Shown: positions 42,714 to 52,610 of the stretch, piece after piece
Layout of the letters: every line of letters starts with the position of its first letter
Position numbering within the stretch: position 1 is the stretch's first letter
Assembly (NCBI GenBank): GCA_964587725.1
Contig: CAZPLO010000005.1
Coordinates: 1-64,000 of the forward strand
Direction of reading: 5' to 3'
DNA from: an uncultured archaeon
GTDB taxonomy: Archaea > Altiarchaeota > Altiarchaeia > IMC4 > SCGC-AAA252-I15
DNA length: 64,000 nucleotides
Program-made: the position numbers and the translations under genes
Notes under the pieces: model-generated
What the model saw: the letters and a program-made list of their open reading frames with translations, nothing else
What the model was told of the DNA's origin: nothing
Database searches by the model: none

Positions 42714-43699
42714 AGGAGAGTTACTACATCACCCAGGATGGTGTTTTGAAGCGGAAGCAGAATACCGTGTATTTCATCAACAAAGACGAGAAAAGGATTC
42801 TGCCAGTGGAAAAGATCCACTCAATTTATGCATTAGGTAGCCTCTCCTTTACTTCGGGTGTAGTATCTTATCTGGCTAAGAAGGGTGTTCCGATTCATTT
42901 CTTTAATTATTATGGCTTCTATGAGGCAAGTCTTTATCCGAGGGAGCAGTTGGTTTCCGGTGATGTTTTAGTCCACCAGGTAGGGCACTATGTGGATTTG
43001 GATAAACGGCTTCTTTTGGCCCGGGAGTTTATCAGGGGTTGTGGGGGGAATTGTCTTAAGAATCTTGAGTACTACGGTAGGACTAAAGGGGGTTTAGCGG
43101 AGGATATATCTAAGGTTGAAGGTATTTTGGCGGGTTTGGATGGGGCTGATACAGTGGAGGAGGTTTTGAGTGTGGAGGGTAATATGTGGAATACGTATTA
43201 TGGTTGTTTTGACCGTATTCTGCCAGAGAAATTCTGTTTTGAGAAGCGGACTAGGAGGCCGCCGGAGAACATGGTTAACTGCTTGATTTCCTTTGGTAAT
43301 TCGCTTTTGTATTCCACTGTGTTGAGTGAAATTTATCATACACAGCTTAATCCTACGGTTTCGTTTTTGCATGAACCGAGTGACCGGAGGTTTAGTCTGA
43401 GTCTGGATTTGGCGGAAGTGTTTAAGCCGTTGCTTGTGGACCGGGTTATCTTTAAGTTGTTGAATAAGGGTATGTTAGGTGACGGTGATTTCAGGAGGGA
43501 TGTTAATTATTGTTTGTTGAATGACCGGGGTAGAAAGACGTTTCTCCGGGAGTGGGATGACCGCCTTCATACTACTATAAAGCATAGGCGGTTGGGTAGG
43601 AAGGTTTCTTACAGGCGGCTAATCAGGTTGGAGTGTTATAAATTGGTTAAACATATTCTGGGGGATAAAGAGTATGTGGCGTTCCAGATTTGGTGGTAG
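42710..43699 (+). CDS. cas1: CRISPR integrase Cas1 (type I-B)
   Basis: R.RRPPEN..N..ISFGN, SFLHEP and SLSLDLAEVFKP motifs. Confidence 0.96.
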   Translation: MKESYYITQDGVLKRKQNTVYFINKDEKRILPVEKIHSIYALGSLSFTSGVVSYLAKKGVPIHFFNYYGFYEASLYPREQLVSGDVLVHQVGHYVDLDKRLLLAREFIRGCGGNCLKNLEYYGRTKGGLAEDISKVEGILAGLDGADTVEEVLSVEGNMWNTYYGCFDRILPEKFCFEKRTRRPPENMVNCLISFGNSLLYSTVLSEIYHTQLNPTVSFLHEPSDRRFSLSLDLAEVFKPLLVDRVIFKLLNKGMLGDGDFRRDVNYCLLNDRGRKTFLREWDDRLHTTIKHRRLGRKVSYRRLIRLECYKLVKHILGDKEYVAFQIWW

Positions 43700-43702
43700 A
43701 TA

Positions 43703-43966
43703 ATGTATGTAGTGGTAGTCTATGATGTGGCGGTTGAGCGGGTGAATAAGGTATGTAAGTACTTGAGGACTCGGTTGAATTGGGTGCAGAATAGTGTTTT
43801 TGAAGGGGAATTAACTAAGGCAGAATTAGTTGAATTGGAGTTGGGTCTTGGAGACTTGATTGATAAAGAAGCAGACTCCATCCTGTTTTACCTGATTCGT
43901 TCCCAGAAAGCCTTAACACGTAAGAAAATGGGTGTTGAGAAGGTTGAATTAGACCGAATAATCTAG
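43703..43966 (+). CDS. cas2: CRISPR protein Cas2
   Basis: VVYDV and WVQNSVFEGE motifs. Confidence 0.96.
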   Translation: MYVVVVYDVAVERVNKVCKYLRTRLNWVQNSVFEGELTKAELVELELGLGDLIDKEADSILFYLIRSQKALTRKKMGVEKVELDRII

Positions 43967-44067
43967 TATTCGTGGATCTTTTTAAATAAAATACATTTTT
44001 AGCCATCCAAGAGAAAAATACATAACAATCAGTAATAGAGGCCACAAAACTCCTGTTTCACGGACGG
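43967..44067 (+). promoter_or_regulatory. CRISPR leader
   Basis: AT-rich, TTTTTAAAT TATA-like box, between cas2 and the first repeat. Confidence 0.8.
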
Positions 44068-46524
44068 GTTAGAAACAGACTAAAGTAGGATTGAAATTCA
44101 GGAGGCACACGTTGGAGAAGGAGAAATACTATAGGTTAGAAACAGACTAAAGTAGGATTGAAATTTAATAGGGTTTGCAGCCTGGGTTGTGGCGGTAGCG
44201 GTTAGAAACAGACTAAAGTAGGATTGAAATTGAGGCGGACGTATTTATCACGCCACACCCAGTATTGTTAGAAACAGACTAAAGTAGGATTGAAATACAT
44301 ATGCGACACAATTTAAGATATTCCACTTTTTTAGTTAGAAACAGACTAAAGTAGGATTGAAATTCTCTATATCCTGCCTTGTATCCCTCATAGATGAGCG
44401 TTAGAAACAGACTAAAGTAGGATTGAAATCATGATACTATGTTGTTAGTTTTCAAGTCTATGTTGTTAGAAACAGACTAAAGTAGGATTGAAATTTAAAC
44501 GCTAACGCAAAATATAGGAGGTAGGTTTTCAGTTAGAAACAGACTAAAGTAGGATTGAAATATGGTTTTTCTTCCTCCAGTATCACGTCCAGTATCAGTT
44601 AGAAACAGACTAAAGTAGGATTGAAATGGCAACATGCGCCCATCAGTCAACAGTATATCAAAGTTAGAAACAGACTAAAGTAGGATTGAAATACTGTCGA
44701 TGGTGGAAAATACCCGCCAAACAACAAGTTAGAAACAGACTAAAGTAGGATTGAAATTGACACTAAAAGAAACACTATCCTACAGCCGCCGATAGTTAGA
44801 AACAGACTAAAGTAGGATTGAAATACTGCTTCAACAACAAACCATAAAAACCATAGTAAGTTAGAAACAGACTAAAGTAGGATTGAAATACGGGTATGAG
44901 AAACAATATCGTCTGAGGATCCCCCGTTAGAAACAGACTAAAGTAGGATTGAAATATCGAATGAGAGCCTCATCAAACAACGAAACCTCCGTTAGAAACA
45001 GACTAAAGTAGGATTGAAATAGCCATGAAGACAGAGCAGCAGCAAACCCACCGACGTTAGAAACAGACTAAAGTAGGATTGAAATCCACACAAGCTAACA
45101 CAATAAACTTAACTATAGATGTTAGAAACAGACTAAAGTAGGATTGAAATGCAACCTCCTGGTCGTTGTTGTAGCAGCTGCCTGGTTAGAAACAGACTAA
45201 AGTAGGATTGAAATACCGTCATATGTTGAACGCAAAATATACGCCCGAGGTTAGAAACAGACTAAAGTAGGATTGAAATTGAAAAAATTCAACCCCTACC
45301 TGACCGTGGGAATACGTTAGAAACAGACTAAAGTAGGATTGAAATACAATTATCAAATCGCAGCAATAAACCAATGTAAGGTTAGAAACAGACTAAAGTA
45401 GGATTGAAATTATTCTATGCTGTCTAAGTCGTGTTCGTTCCGTTGTGTTAGAAACAGACTAAAGTAGGATTGAAATTTTTCTAAAGGCTGCATATGAAAA
45501 GTGACTCCTGAGTTAGAAACAGACTAAAGTAGGATTGAAATCACAACATTAACCCCCGCATTAGACGCGACAATAAGGTTAGAAACAGACTAAAGTAGGA
45601 TTGAAATTTAATAGTATGAGCCCCGACGGCGTGGCTGTGCTGCGTTAGAAACAGACTAAAGTAGGATTGAAATATCTTTTTTCATCGTGTATCACCTTCA
45701 TTTCATCCTCGTTAGAAACAGACTAAAGTAGGATTGAAATATCAATCAGGTAGAAGAGCCCTAGTTCCCCAGCCATGTTAGAAACAGACTAAAGTAGGAT
45801 TGAAATAGAAACAGCCTCCACCCCCTGAACCCGTGGAACAAGTTAGAAACAGACTAAAGTAGGATTGAAATAACCAGAGCCGGCTCCAGCGGCAGAACAG
45901 GTCCCAGTTAGAAACAGACTAAAGTAGGATTGAAATGCACTTGAGCCGGTATTTTCTGCACAGGCTGTGTATGTTAGAAACAGACTAAAGTAGGATTGAA
46001 ATTCTTTTTCACTTCTCCACATCTATTTCTCTGCACGCGTGTTAGAAACAGACTAAAGTAGGATTGAAATGACACTAACCAAGGCCACAGCCACAAACGG
46101 CTCTAAGTTAGAAACAGACTAAAGTAGGATTGAAATGAATTCCTTCCTGAACACATTAAGCTTGAAGTCTTTGTTAGAAACAGACTAAAGTAGGATTGAA
46201 ATGGGGCTATTGTATGTGCTTCCGCCGTCGTTGGTGTCGTTAGAAACAGACTAAAGTAGGATTGAAATACGCGGAAGCGGTAGCATCCAATTTCGTGCTA
46301 TTACGTTAGAAACAGACTAAAGTAGGATTGAAATACGCGGAAGCGGTAGCATCCAATTTCGTGCTATTACGTTAGAAACAGACTAAAGTAGGATTGAAAT
46401 AACGGAGTTGGTAGTAGTCTTAGCTTAGACGATTTAGTTAGAAACAGACTAAAGTAGGATTGAAATAACGTTGATTTGCAGCGTGATTTGAAGTTGAATG
46501 GGGTTAGAAACAGACTATTGAAAT
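44068..46524 (+). CRISPR. CRISPR array, repeat GTTAGAAACAGACTAAAGTAGGATTGAAAT (30 bp); 37 intact repeats plus 1 truncated terminal repeat; 37 spacers of ~34-38 bp
   Basis: Counted by eye; terminal repeat (46503-46524) lacks AAGTAGGA; ATTGAAAN 3' end and leader position give + orientation. Confidence 0.98.
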
Positions 46525-46974
46525 AAAATTCTAGTCTATTTCCTCTATGAATACATCTCCGTTGAAAAACCTTCCAAAAACATATTCTATCATTTTAATG
46601 TTTTTTTCTTGTATTTGAAGGTTTTTTCATGTATTTACTGGAATTTTTCTGTGTAGGGGGTCGGGTGCGTCTTCATGGGTATTTGGGTGTGTGGAGGATA
46701 TGGTCCCCTTTTTTTGTAGCCGCATTTGGTTTTTAAGTGTGTGGGACCCCCTATTGTTTGAGTCAGCCCAGATAGGGGGTATTTTTTAGGTGTTTTGGCT
46801 TATTCGTATGGTTTTTATATCTTATTTATCTGTATCCTTTACTACTAGTTAATAGATCTTATGAACATGTCGTTACCCACTTATTCGCCGACTGATTTAT
46901 TGGAGGACCATAAGGGTGTTATTTTCACGGACATAGTGTCGGTTAGATATCCTCTGACGAACGCTGGAGGGTAT

Positions 46975-47565
46975 ATGAGGCGGATGAGGAGAGAGAATAT
47001 GTTCAACGACATACAGCATAAAATTAACTCACTGTCCATGGAGGAGAGGGAGGAGATACTCAAGGAACTCATGGCGTTGGACCCGCACGAGGACACACTA
47101 ATATCCTGGGCGAAAACATACGAAAAACTCAAGGAAAAAGACTTGAAAAAACTCAAGGAAACATTCACTTCAGCCGAAGCACTATTCAGGGGATCCAAGA
47201 CAAAACAGGTGGAGATACTGTATGAGATGCTGTCCAAGGTAAAGTCTGACCTCGTTGGAGTCCAAGAATACCTACGGCAGAAAGCAGACTACACGGAAGA
47301 CATAGAACCCCTGCTGGTGATGGACGAGACAATCACCCACCTAAGAAACGCCACAGACATCATGCGTCACGCAAAAAAAGACGAACTAGCACAAATAGCA
47401 GGCATAATCTTCATCCTACTGATTAGACTGGAAAAATACAGGAGAGGGATGATAGACCTGGACAGACTATACTGGACCAACGCAACAGCATTCAGGATAC
47501 TATCCAGGGTGAAGAAACCAGAATCCAAAATCACAGCCGAATTAGTCAACATTCTAGCAGAATAA
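46975..47565 (+). CDS. Hypothetical alpha-helical protein (possible partner of the PIN gene)
   Basis: Long ORF (open from 46861), GGAGGG SD before ATG 46975; abuts the PIN ORF. Confidence 0.65.
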   Translation: MRRMRRENMFNDIQHKINSLSMEEREEILKELMALDPHEDTLISWAKTYEKLKEKDLKKLKETFTSAEALFRGSKTKQVEILYEMLSKVKSDLVGVQEYLRQKADYTEDIEPLLVMDETITHLRNATDIMRHAKKDELAQIAGIIFILLIRLEKYRRGMIDLDRLYWTNATAFRILSRVKKPESKITAELVNILAE

Positions 47566-48246
47566 ATGGAATACACGATAGACACCAACATAGTAATCGG
47601 GGTCATCAGCAACAAAGACAGACTCAAAGAACCCGCACAAAAACTCCTCAAAAACCAAAAAAGCAAGTCAACACTTGTTCTGTCGGAAAACGTCCTCACA
47701 GAAACCGTTAAAACATTCAGCCAAAAAGCAAACCAGGCCGAGAAAAAAATCACGTCAGACCAACCCAACCTCCAACTTAGGTGGAGGGGAGTCCTACAGG
47801 AGTTGAAGGACATGCCAGACCAGTCAGTGAAAATAGTTAATGCGGACTTCCTGTTCACGGAATTCTACGTCACAGGGTGGAAGGACATAATGCCCGACGC
47901 AGAATTGAACGAGTTCGACGAAGCAGCCCTCGGGTGGAGGGCCGGCGGAGGATTCATGGCCGAATTCTTCAAACTATGCCGGCAGGCCACCGTAAACCAG
48001 GTGAAACGGGTGCTCACCCCAAACGGAAGATTCTACATCACAGAATGGGAGCAGAACCTCCCCCACACACTCGAATTCCTCGACGAAGCAGGGTTCCAAC
48101 ACGAAAGCCGCCCCCTCACAGACGAGGAAATGGAGAAAACCTGGTTCCTCCAAGAAGCAAAAAAGAAGCTCGCCACAGGAGAACTACCGCCAGAAGCAAC
48201 ACCGGTGAGAATCCAGGCCACCAAAAAACCAGAGGACAGAAGATGA
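47566..48246 (+). pseudogene. Chimeric ORF: truncated PIN/VapC N-terminus joined to a methyltransferase-like C-terminal fragment
   Basis: IDTNI...LSENVLTET (PIN) followed by DQSVKIV...VKRVLTPNGRFYITE (class I MTase C-half); neither domain appears complete. Confidence 0.5.
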
Positions 48247-48327
48247 GTATCTACCTCATACGCCACGGCCGCTGGCGTTCGCACTTAAATATTGGTTCGC
48301 ATATCATAGATGAAGGTTGGTGATTTG

Positions 48328-48528
48328 ATGGAGAACGTTACCTTGGATGTGATTAACAGGAATATCAAGCTGCTTAGGGAAGACCTAGAATACATTAAAG
48401 AGCATATGGTGGACATCGACAGTCTGCTGTCCATAGAAGACCGGCAGGCATTAGAGGAGGCTAGAGCAGAGTTCAGGGAAAACAAGGCCGTAACACTCGA
48501 GGAATTCGAGAAACAACTAAACCTCTAA
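48328..48528 (+). CDS. Putative type II antitoxin
   Basis: LSIEDRQALEEARAEFRENKAVTLEE; immediately upstream of RelE. Confidence 0.75.
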   Translation: MENVTLDVINRNIKLLREDLEYIKEHMVDIDSLLSIEDRQALEEARAEFRENKAVTLEEFEKQLNL

Positions 48529-48529
48529 G

Positions 48530-48784
48530 ATGTACGCGGTCATACCCGGCCCCAGAGCGAAAAAGTTTCTGAAAAAAGCGAACACCAAACTCCGCGAGAG
48601 ACTCATACCCAAGATAAAGAAACTCAGCCAAGAACCCTTTCCCCGCGGATGCCTGAAAGTAGTGGGGGAGGAAAACACATACAGGATAAGAGTCGGAGAC
48701 TACAGAGTACTATACGAAATAAAAGCTGAAGAAAAAGCCATTCTAATCGCAAACATAGACAAAAGACCAAAAGCCTACAGATAA
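48530..48784 (+). CDS. relE: RelE/ParE-family toxin
   Basis: AKKFLKK, P.P.G..K and YRIRVGDYRVLYEI motifs. Confidence 0.9.
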   Translation: MYAVIPGPRAKKFLKKANTKLRERLIPKIKKLSQEPFPRGCLKVVGEENTYRIRVGDYRVLYEIKAEEKAILIANIDKRPKAYR

Positions 48785-48790
48785 CACAAT

Positions 48791-49390
48791 ATGCCAGTCT
48801 ACCTAATCCGCCACGGCCAAAGCAGATACAACGTCGAAGACCGGTTCGGCGGAGACAGCGGACTAACTGAAAAAGGAAGGAAGGATGCCGGACGAGCCGC
48901 CGCAGTATTGGATGGTGAAACAATCAACACAGTATACTGCAGCCCCACACAACGAACCAGAGAAACCGCCGACATACTATTGAAAAAACACCCCGAAGCC
49001 AGACTGGAACCCGCAGACGAACTCCGGGAGATATCATACGGCGTACTCGAAGGCACGGTGGTGGGCGAACTCAAAAAACAACAGCCGCAAATGCATGAAG
49101 AAAGGAAGGAAGACAAGTATCTATTCAAGCCGCCGGATGGGGAAAACTACCAGGACCTCCAAGCCCGGGTCATACCATTCTATGAACAAGTCGCAGGACA
49201 AGAGGGGACGTACGTGCTCGTAACGCACCAGGCCGTCATAAGGACGCTGGTAGCCCACGTAACCAACATCCCAGACCAGATATTCCCGTACCTCGACCTC
49301 CCCAACGACCTAGCCTACCTGATAACAGAAGACACCGTATTATACTACCGCGGCGGGTGGCGGACGTTCACACACCACGAATTCAGGTGA
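48791..49390 (+). CDS. Histidine phosphatase (phosphoglycerate-mutase family)
   Basis: LIRHGQS, SP..R..ETA, LREISYG and LVTH motifs. Confidence 0.92.
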   Translation: MPVYLIRHGQSRYNVEDRFGGDSGLTEKGRKDAGRAAAVLDGETINTVYCSPTQRTRETADILLKKHPEARLEPADELREISYGVLEGTVVGELKKQQPQMHEERKEDKYLFKPPDGENYQDLQARVIPFYEQVAGQEGTYVLVTHQAVIRTLVAHVTNIPDQIFPYLDLPNDLAYLITEDTVLYYRGGWRTFTHHEFR

Positions 49391-49437
49391 AATGAGGACT
49401 TTAAACGTATTTATAGCGGGCGCTGGTATAGGTTAAC

Positions 49438-49653
49438 ATGGGCAAAGACTTCAACATCGTCATAGAGGAGGGGGAAGACGGGTACTTCATATCCGAGGTT
49501 ATAGGGCTTCCAGGATGCCACACCCAAGCCAAAACCCTCGACGAACTAGTGAAAAGAACCAAAGAAGCCATCTCACTGTACCTGAAGTGTGAGAAAGGCG
49601 TTAAAACAAAAGACACATTCCTGGGCGTGCAGAAAATCACTGTCAGCGGATGA
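49438..49653 (+). CDS. hicB: HicB-family antitoxin
   Basis: EDGYF...V..LPGCHTQAKTLDE....KEAI. Confidence 0.9.
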   Translation: MGKDFNIVIEEGEDGYFISEVIGLPGCHTQAKTLDELVKRTKEAISLYLKCEKGVKTKDTFLGVQKITVSG

Positions 49654-49880
49654 TGGCTAAACTCCCGCTACTGAAAGCCAAACAACTGATTAAGGTCTTG
49701 GACAAACTCGGCTTCAAACTCATCCACCGGGAAGGAAGCCACATCTTCCTCAAACACCCAGACGGAAGAACAACAGTGGTGCCAGACCACAGAGGCGAGG
49801 AAATAGACCGCAGACTACTCAACAAAATAATCAAAAAAGACCTTGAAATAACCAGGAAAGAATTCCTGAAACACCTCTAA
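49650..49880 (+). CDS. hicA: HicA-family toxin
   Basis: LGF....GSHIFLKHPDGRTTVVPDH. Confidence 0.9.
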   Translation: MMAKLPLLKAKQLIKVLDKLGFKLIHREGSHIFLKHPDGRTTVVPDHRGEEIDRRLLNKIIKKDLEITRKEFLKHL

Positions 49881-51103
49881 CCAGACAGCACCCTGACACC
49901 ATACTCCAGCATTTTATCGGCGAATACATTCTTACGCTTCTTTACTTCAGCCTCAGTCTCCCCCAGCTTGGACCGGAGTTTGGATAGGTCGCTGCGGACG
50001 CCGTCCAAATCCGTGCGGGCTGATTCAACCCTGCCCTCAAGCCTGCGGCGGCGCCCGAACACCTCGATGCCGTCGAAGGCTTCGCGGGCGGCTGAAAGGT
50101 CAGACTCACGCTTACTGTGTTCCTGCCGCAGCGCTGGGGTGAGGTCGTTCAACGCCTCATCCACTTTCGCCAAACTCTTCTCCCGGCTCTTCAATTTCAG
50201 CCGGCCGGATTCCACCGCCGACTTCAAACCCAACATCATGGAATTGAACTGTCCCTCATCCGATTTCAAAAAGCCCGCTACGGGGTCGTCCAACAGCGAA
50301 GAAATCAGCTTCGCGTCCGGCGGCGAATGGCGGGTGAACTTCCGCAGCACACGCCGCAGACCCCCGACGTGAGAATGAATAGAGTCTTCAACGGATTTTA
50401 GAGCCGACTCAGCCCGTTCCACGCGCTCCCGGACAGACTTCACCTCCTCGCCCTCGGATTCTTGAACAGCCCCGTGAAGGTCGGACTCCAACGTTTTGAG
50501 TTCAGACTCCTTCGAAGCGACGGCTTCCTCAGCCTCTTTTATCTGACTCCCGACATCCTCGGCGGAAGACATGAGCTGTTTTATGCCGTCGTATTCCCGC
50601 TGCAGCGCCGCGTACTCGCCCTCGCCAGTGATTTCCCCAAGCCTCTCCGACTGCTCCAGCAGCCGCTTACACCTGACCTGGATGTCGTTCATCAGCTGCT
50701 GATACGACAGCTGCAGGTAGCGGCCGTCGCCGAAGTTCGCCTTCCCAATCGACTCCAGCTCATCCTTCAGGAGGACAGAATATCCGCCCGGCGGTTTATC
50801 CAAGCCCTCCTCCAACGTGTCGACGGACCGGAGCATGGACTCCACATACGCGGGCTTGCTCGTCGCAACAACCTTCGCAATGCGCTCGTTCATGCCGTCC
50901 GCTTTAGAGGAATCGAGCTTCTGAAGGCCCCTGCGGATTTCCTTGAGAAGCTTCCCAACGTTCTCCAGTATGGGCTGGGCTTCGGACGAGACCTTTGCGG
51001 ATTCAGTAGCCTGTTTATCCCGCAGCCAGTCGCCCACCTCACCGAAGGACAGCTCAACCTCATCCGGCTCCTCCTTCCCGAACAATGAATCCAGGAACCC
51101 CAT
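49877..51103 (-). CDS. Hypothetical coiled-coil protein
   Basis: ATG 51103 (MGFLDSLFG); long heptad-rich ORF. Confidence 0.75.
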   Translation of the reverse strand: MGFLDSLFGKEEPDEVELSFGEVGDWLRDKQATESAKVSSEAQPILENVGKLLKEIRRGLQKLDSSKADGMNERIAKVVATSKPAYVESMLRSVDTLEEGLDKPPGGYSVLLKDELESIGKANFGDGRYLQLSYQQLMNDIQVRCKRLLEQSERLGEITGEGEYAALQREYDGIKQLMSSAEDVGSQIKEAEEAVASKESELKTLESDLHGAVQESEGEEVKSVRERVERAESALKSVEDSIHSHVGGLRRVLRKFTRHSPPDAKLISSLLDDPVAGFLKSDEGQFNSMMLGLKSAVESGRLKLKSREKSLAKVDEALNDLTPALRQEHSKRESDLSAAREAFDGIEVFGRRRRLEGRVESARTDLDGVRSDLSKLRSKLGETEAEVKKRKNVFADKMLEYGVRVLSG

Positions 51104-51167
51104 AGCACACACATAGACGTGAGCAGATAAAAAACCATTTATAAAGGCAGACCCCAACCCGTATACC

Positions 51168-51515
51168 ATGGCCGATAAAAACGTTGTGGGATGGTTTGAG
51201 GTGCCTGTGGAAGACATGGACCGGGCTGTGAAATTCTATGAAACCGTGCTCGGACACAAGCTGGAACGGCATGATATGGGGCCGCTGCAGATGGCGTGGT
51301 TCCCCATGGTCGAAGACGCAATCGGGACGCCCGGGTCGCTGGTGAAGCATGAAAGCTACAAGCCGTCGGCGGACGGCACAGTAATATGCTTCACCGCGTT
51401 CAGCGGAGACCTGGAAAACGAACTCGCGAAAGTCGAATCCGCAGGCGGAAAAATACTCCAACCCAAAAAAGAGATAGGGGAATACGGGTACATTGCCCTC
51501 ATAGTGGACACATAG
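51168..51515 (+). CDS. VOC/glyoxalase-family protein, apparently 3'-truncated
   Basis: WFEVPVEDMDRAVKFY; ends GYIALIVDT* where the family normally continues (D.)EGN..L. Confidence 0.75.
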   Translation: MADKNVVGWFEVPVEDMDRAVKFYETVLGHKLERHDMGPLQMAWFPMVEDAIGTPGSLVKHESYKPSADGTVICFTAFSGDLENELAKVESAGGKILQPKKEIGEYGYIALIVDT

Positions 51516-51562
51516 CACTACACAGCAGAAAATAGGATTACAAACTATTTGCAGTTTATTAC

Positions 51563-51592
51563 AAATAGTTTAAAGTAAAGTTTAAACTATTT
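51563..51592. repeat. 30-bp palindromic element (12-6-12), copy 2: AAATAGTTTAAA-GTAAAG-TTTAAACTATTT
   Basis: Perfect 12-bp arms; inverted relative to 9089-9118 (26/30); extra half-site AAACTATTT at 51542. Confidence 0.8.
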
Positions 51593-52349
51593 AAACTTCC
51601 ATATCCACCCTGCATTCCTTCTCCAGTTCCGCCACCACAAAATCCGCTATCTTCTCCAAATTGACTGTGTCGTCGCGGTTGTATGCGACCAGCTTCTTCA
51701 ACGCCTGCTTGCCCCTGTATTTTTCGCCGGCGACCTCCACCGTCCTGTTGCAGGTGTACGCCTTCCACAGGCGGACGGCGTCGTAGCCTGACACGCCGTC
51801 GCTGCCGCGGCTCACGCCGAGCTGCTTCTCAATCGACTTCAACCCGCCACTGTAGCCGAGGTGGCGGAGGGGATACATCAAATCCAGGTGTATCTGGTGG
51901 AAACCCATGTTCAGGCTCTTCGACAGGAACGGGAGGTCGAAGCGGCCGCCGTTAAACGACACAATATACTTGAACTCATGCAGGTCGTTTCTGAGGTTCT
52001 TCATGTTCTCGCCCGCAACGTAACTGCGGGTGCCCTTCGACGAGTGGAGGCACACGGTCGTGACGGTGTCATACACCGGAGAGAGGCCGGTGGTCTCGAT
52101 GTCCAGAAAGCAGGCGTCGCCGCGGAATGGATTGAACGCACGCCAAGTCAAATGGGAGCCAAGGCGGTCGCGGAAGTAACAGTGGTCGCCGGCCTCCAGA
52201 CGGCCCAGGCTCTCCAACACCACCGCCTTATAAGGCTTAGACCCGCCGTTGTCAACGTACTCGCCCCAGGAATGAAATCCTTCACGCCACAGACGCTTCT
52301 CCGTCACCGGACCCACGCCGGGGATATGCTGGAACGTCGACTCAAGCAT
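51591..52349 (-). CDS. RNase H-like (YprB-type) 3'-5' exonuclease with N-terminal HhH
   Basis: IPGVGPVTE HhH; FLDIETTG, FNG..FDLPF, H.DL and YN.DD motifs. Confidence 0.88.
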   Translation of the reverse strand: MLESTFQHIPGVGPVTEKRLWREGFHSWGEYVDNGGSKPYKAVVLESLGRLEAGDHCYFRDRLGSHLTWRAFNPFRGDACFLDIETTGLSPVYDTVTTVCLHSSKGTRSYVAGENMKNLRNDLHEFKYIVSFNGGRFDLPFLSKSLNMGFHQIHLDLMYPLRHLGYSGGLKSIEKQLGVSRGSDGVSGYDAVRLWKAYTCNRTVEVAGEKYRGKQALKKLVAYNRDDTVNLEKIADFVVAELEKECRVDMEV

Positions 52350-52408
52350 TGGAAAGTATTAGATGGGGTGGAATAAGAGTTATAACCGATGTAGGCCATC
52401 AATTAAAC

Positions 52409-52610
52409 GTGAGAGTTAGGGATGTCATCAAGATGCTGAGAGAAGACGGATGGTATGTGGTGGCCCATAAGGGAAGCCACATACAGTTCAAACACTCCAC
52501 CAAAAAAAGGGAGGGTAACAATAGCCGGGCACCCAAGCCACCACTTGGCTCCAGGCACCTTCAACAGCATATTAAAACAAGCAAAGATAAAGAATAACGG
52601 AGGGGAATAA
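52409..52610 (+). pseudogene. hicA: HicA toxin frameshifted at an A7 run (52502-52508)
   Basis: GW......GSHIQFKH in frame 0; removing one A restores KKGRVTIAGHPS..LAPGTFNSILKQA. Confidence 0.8.

Larger units (their letters stand above)
48243..48818 (+). mobile_element. Candidate TA cassette 1 (antitoxin + RelE) bracketed by a 28-bp duplication of the phosphatase gene start
   Basis: 48243-48270 vs 48791-48818, 22/28 identical; both encode M..YLIRHG. Confidence 0.55.

Noticed and set aside
42710-43699. Cas1 as a casposase
   Set aside because: Ordinary type I-B Cas1 in a cas4-cas1-cas2 module; no PolB or terminal inverted repeats
44495-45249. Spacers 7 and 18 share AACGCAAAATATA (13 nt)
   Set aside because: Flanks are unrelated and the word is AT-rich; cannot be distinguished from chance without protospacers
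44068-46524. Self-targeting spacers
   Set aside because: By eye only short matches found (e.g. 11 nt of spacer 8 near 12880); no full protospacer seen, though an exhaustive search was not possible
48243-48323. Short ORF MSIYLIRHGRWRSHLNIGSHIIDEGW as a real gene
   Set aside because: Interpreted as the orphaned duplicated start of the histidine phosphatase gene
49391-49880. hicB-hicA pair as a fourth duplication-flanked cassette
   Set aside because: Size fits (~490 bp) but only a weak GAATTC..TGAAA similarity at the flanks; no convincing direct repeat
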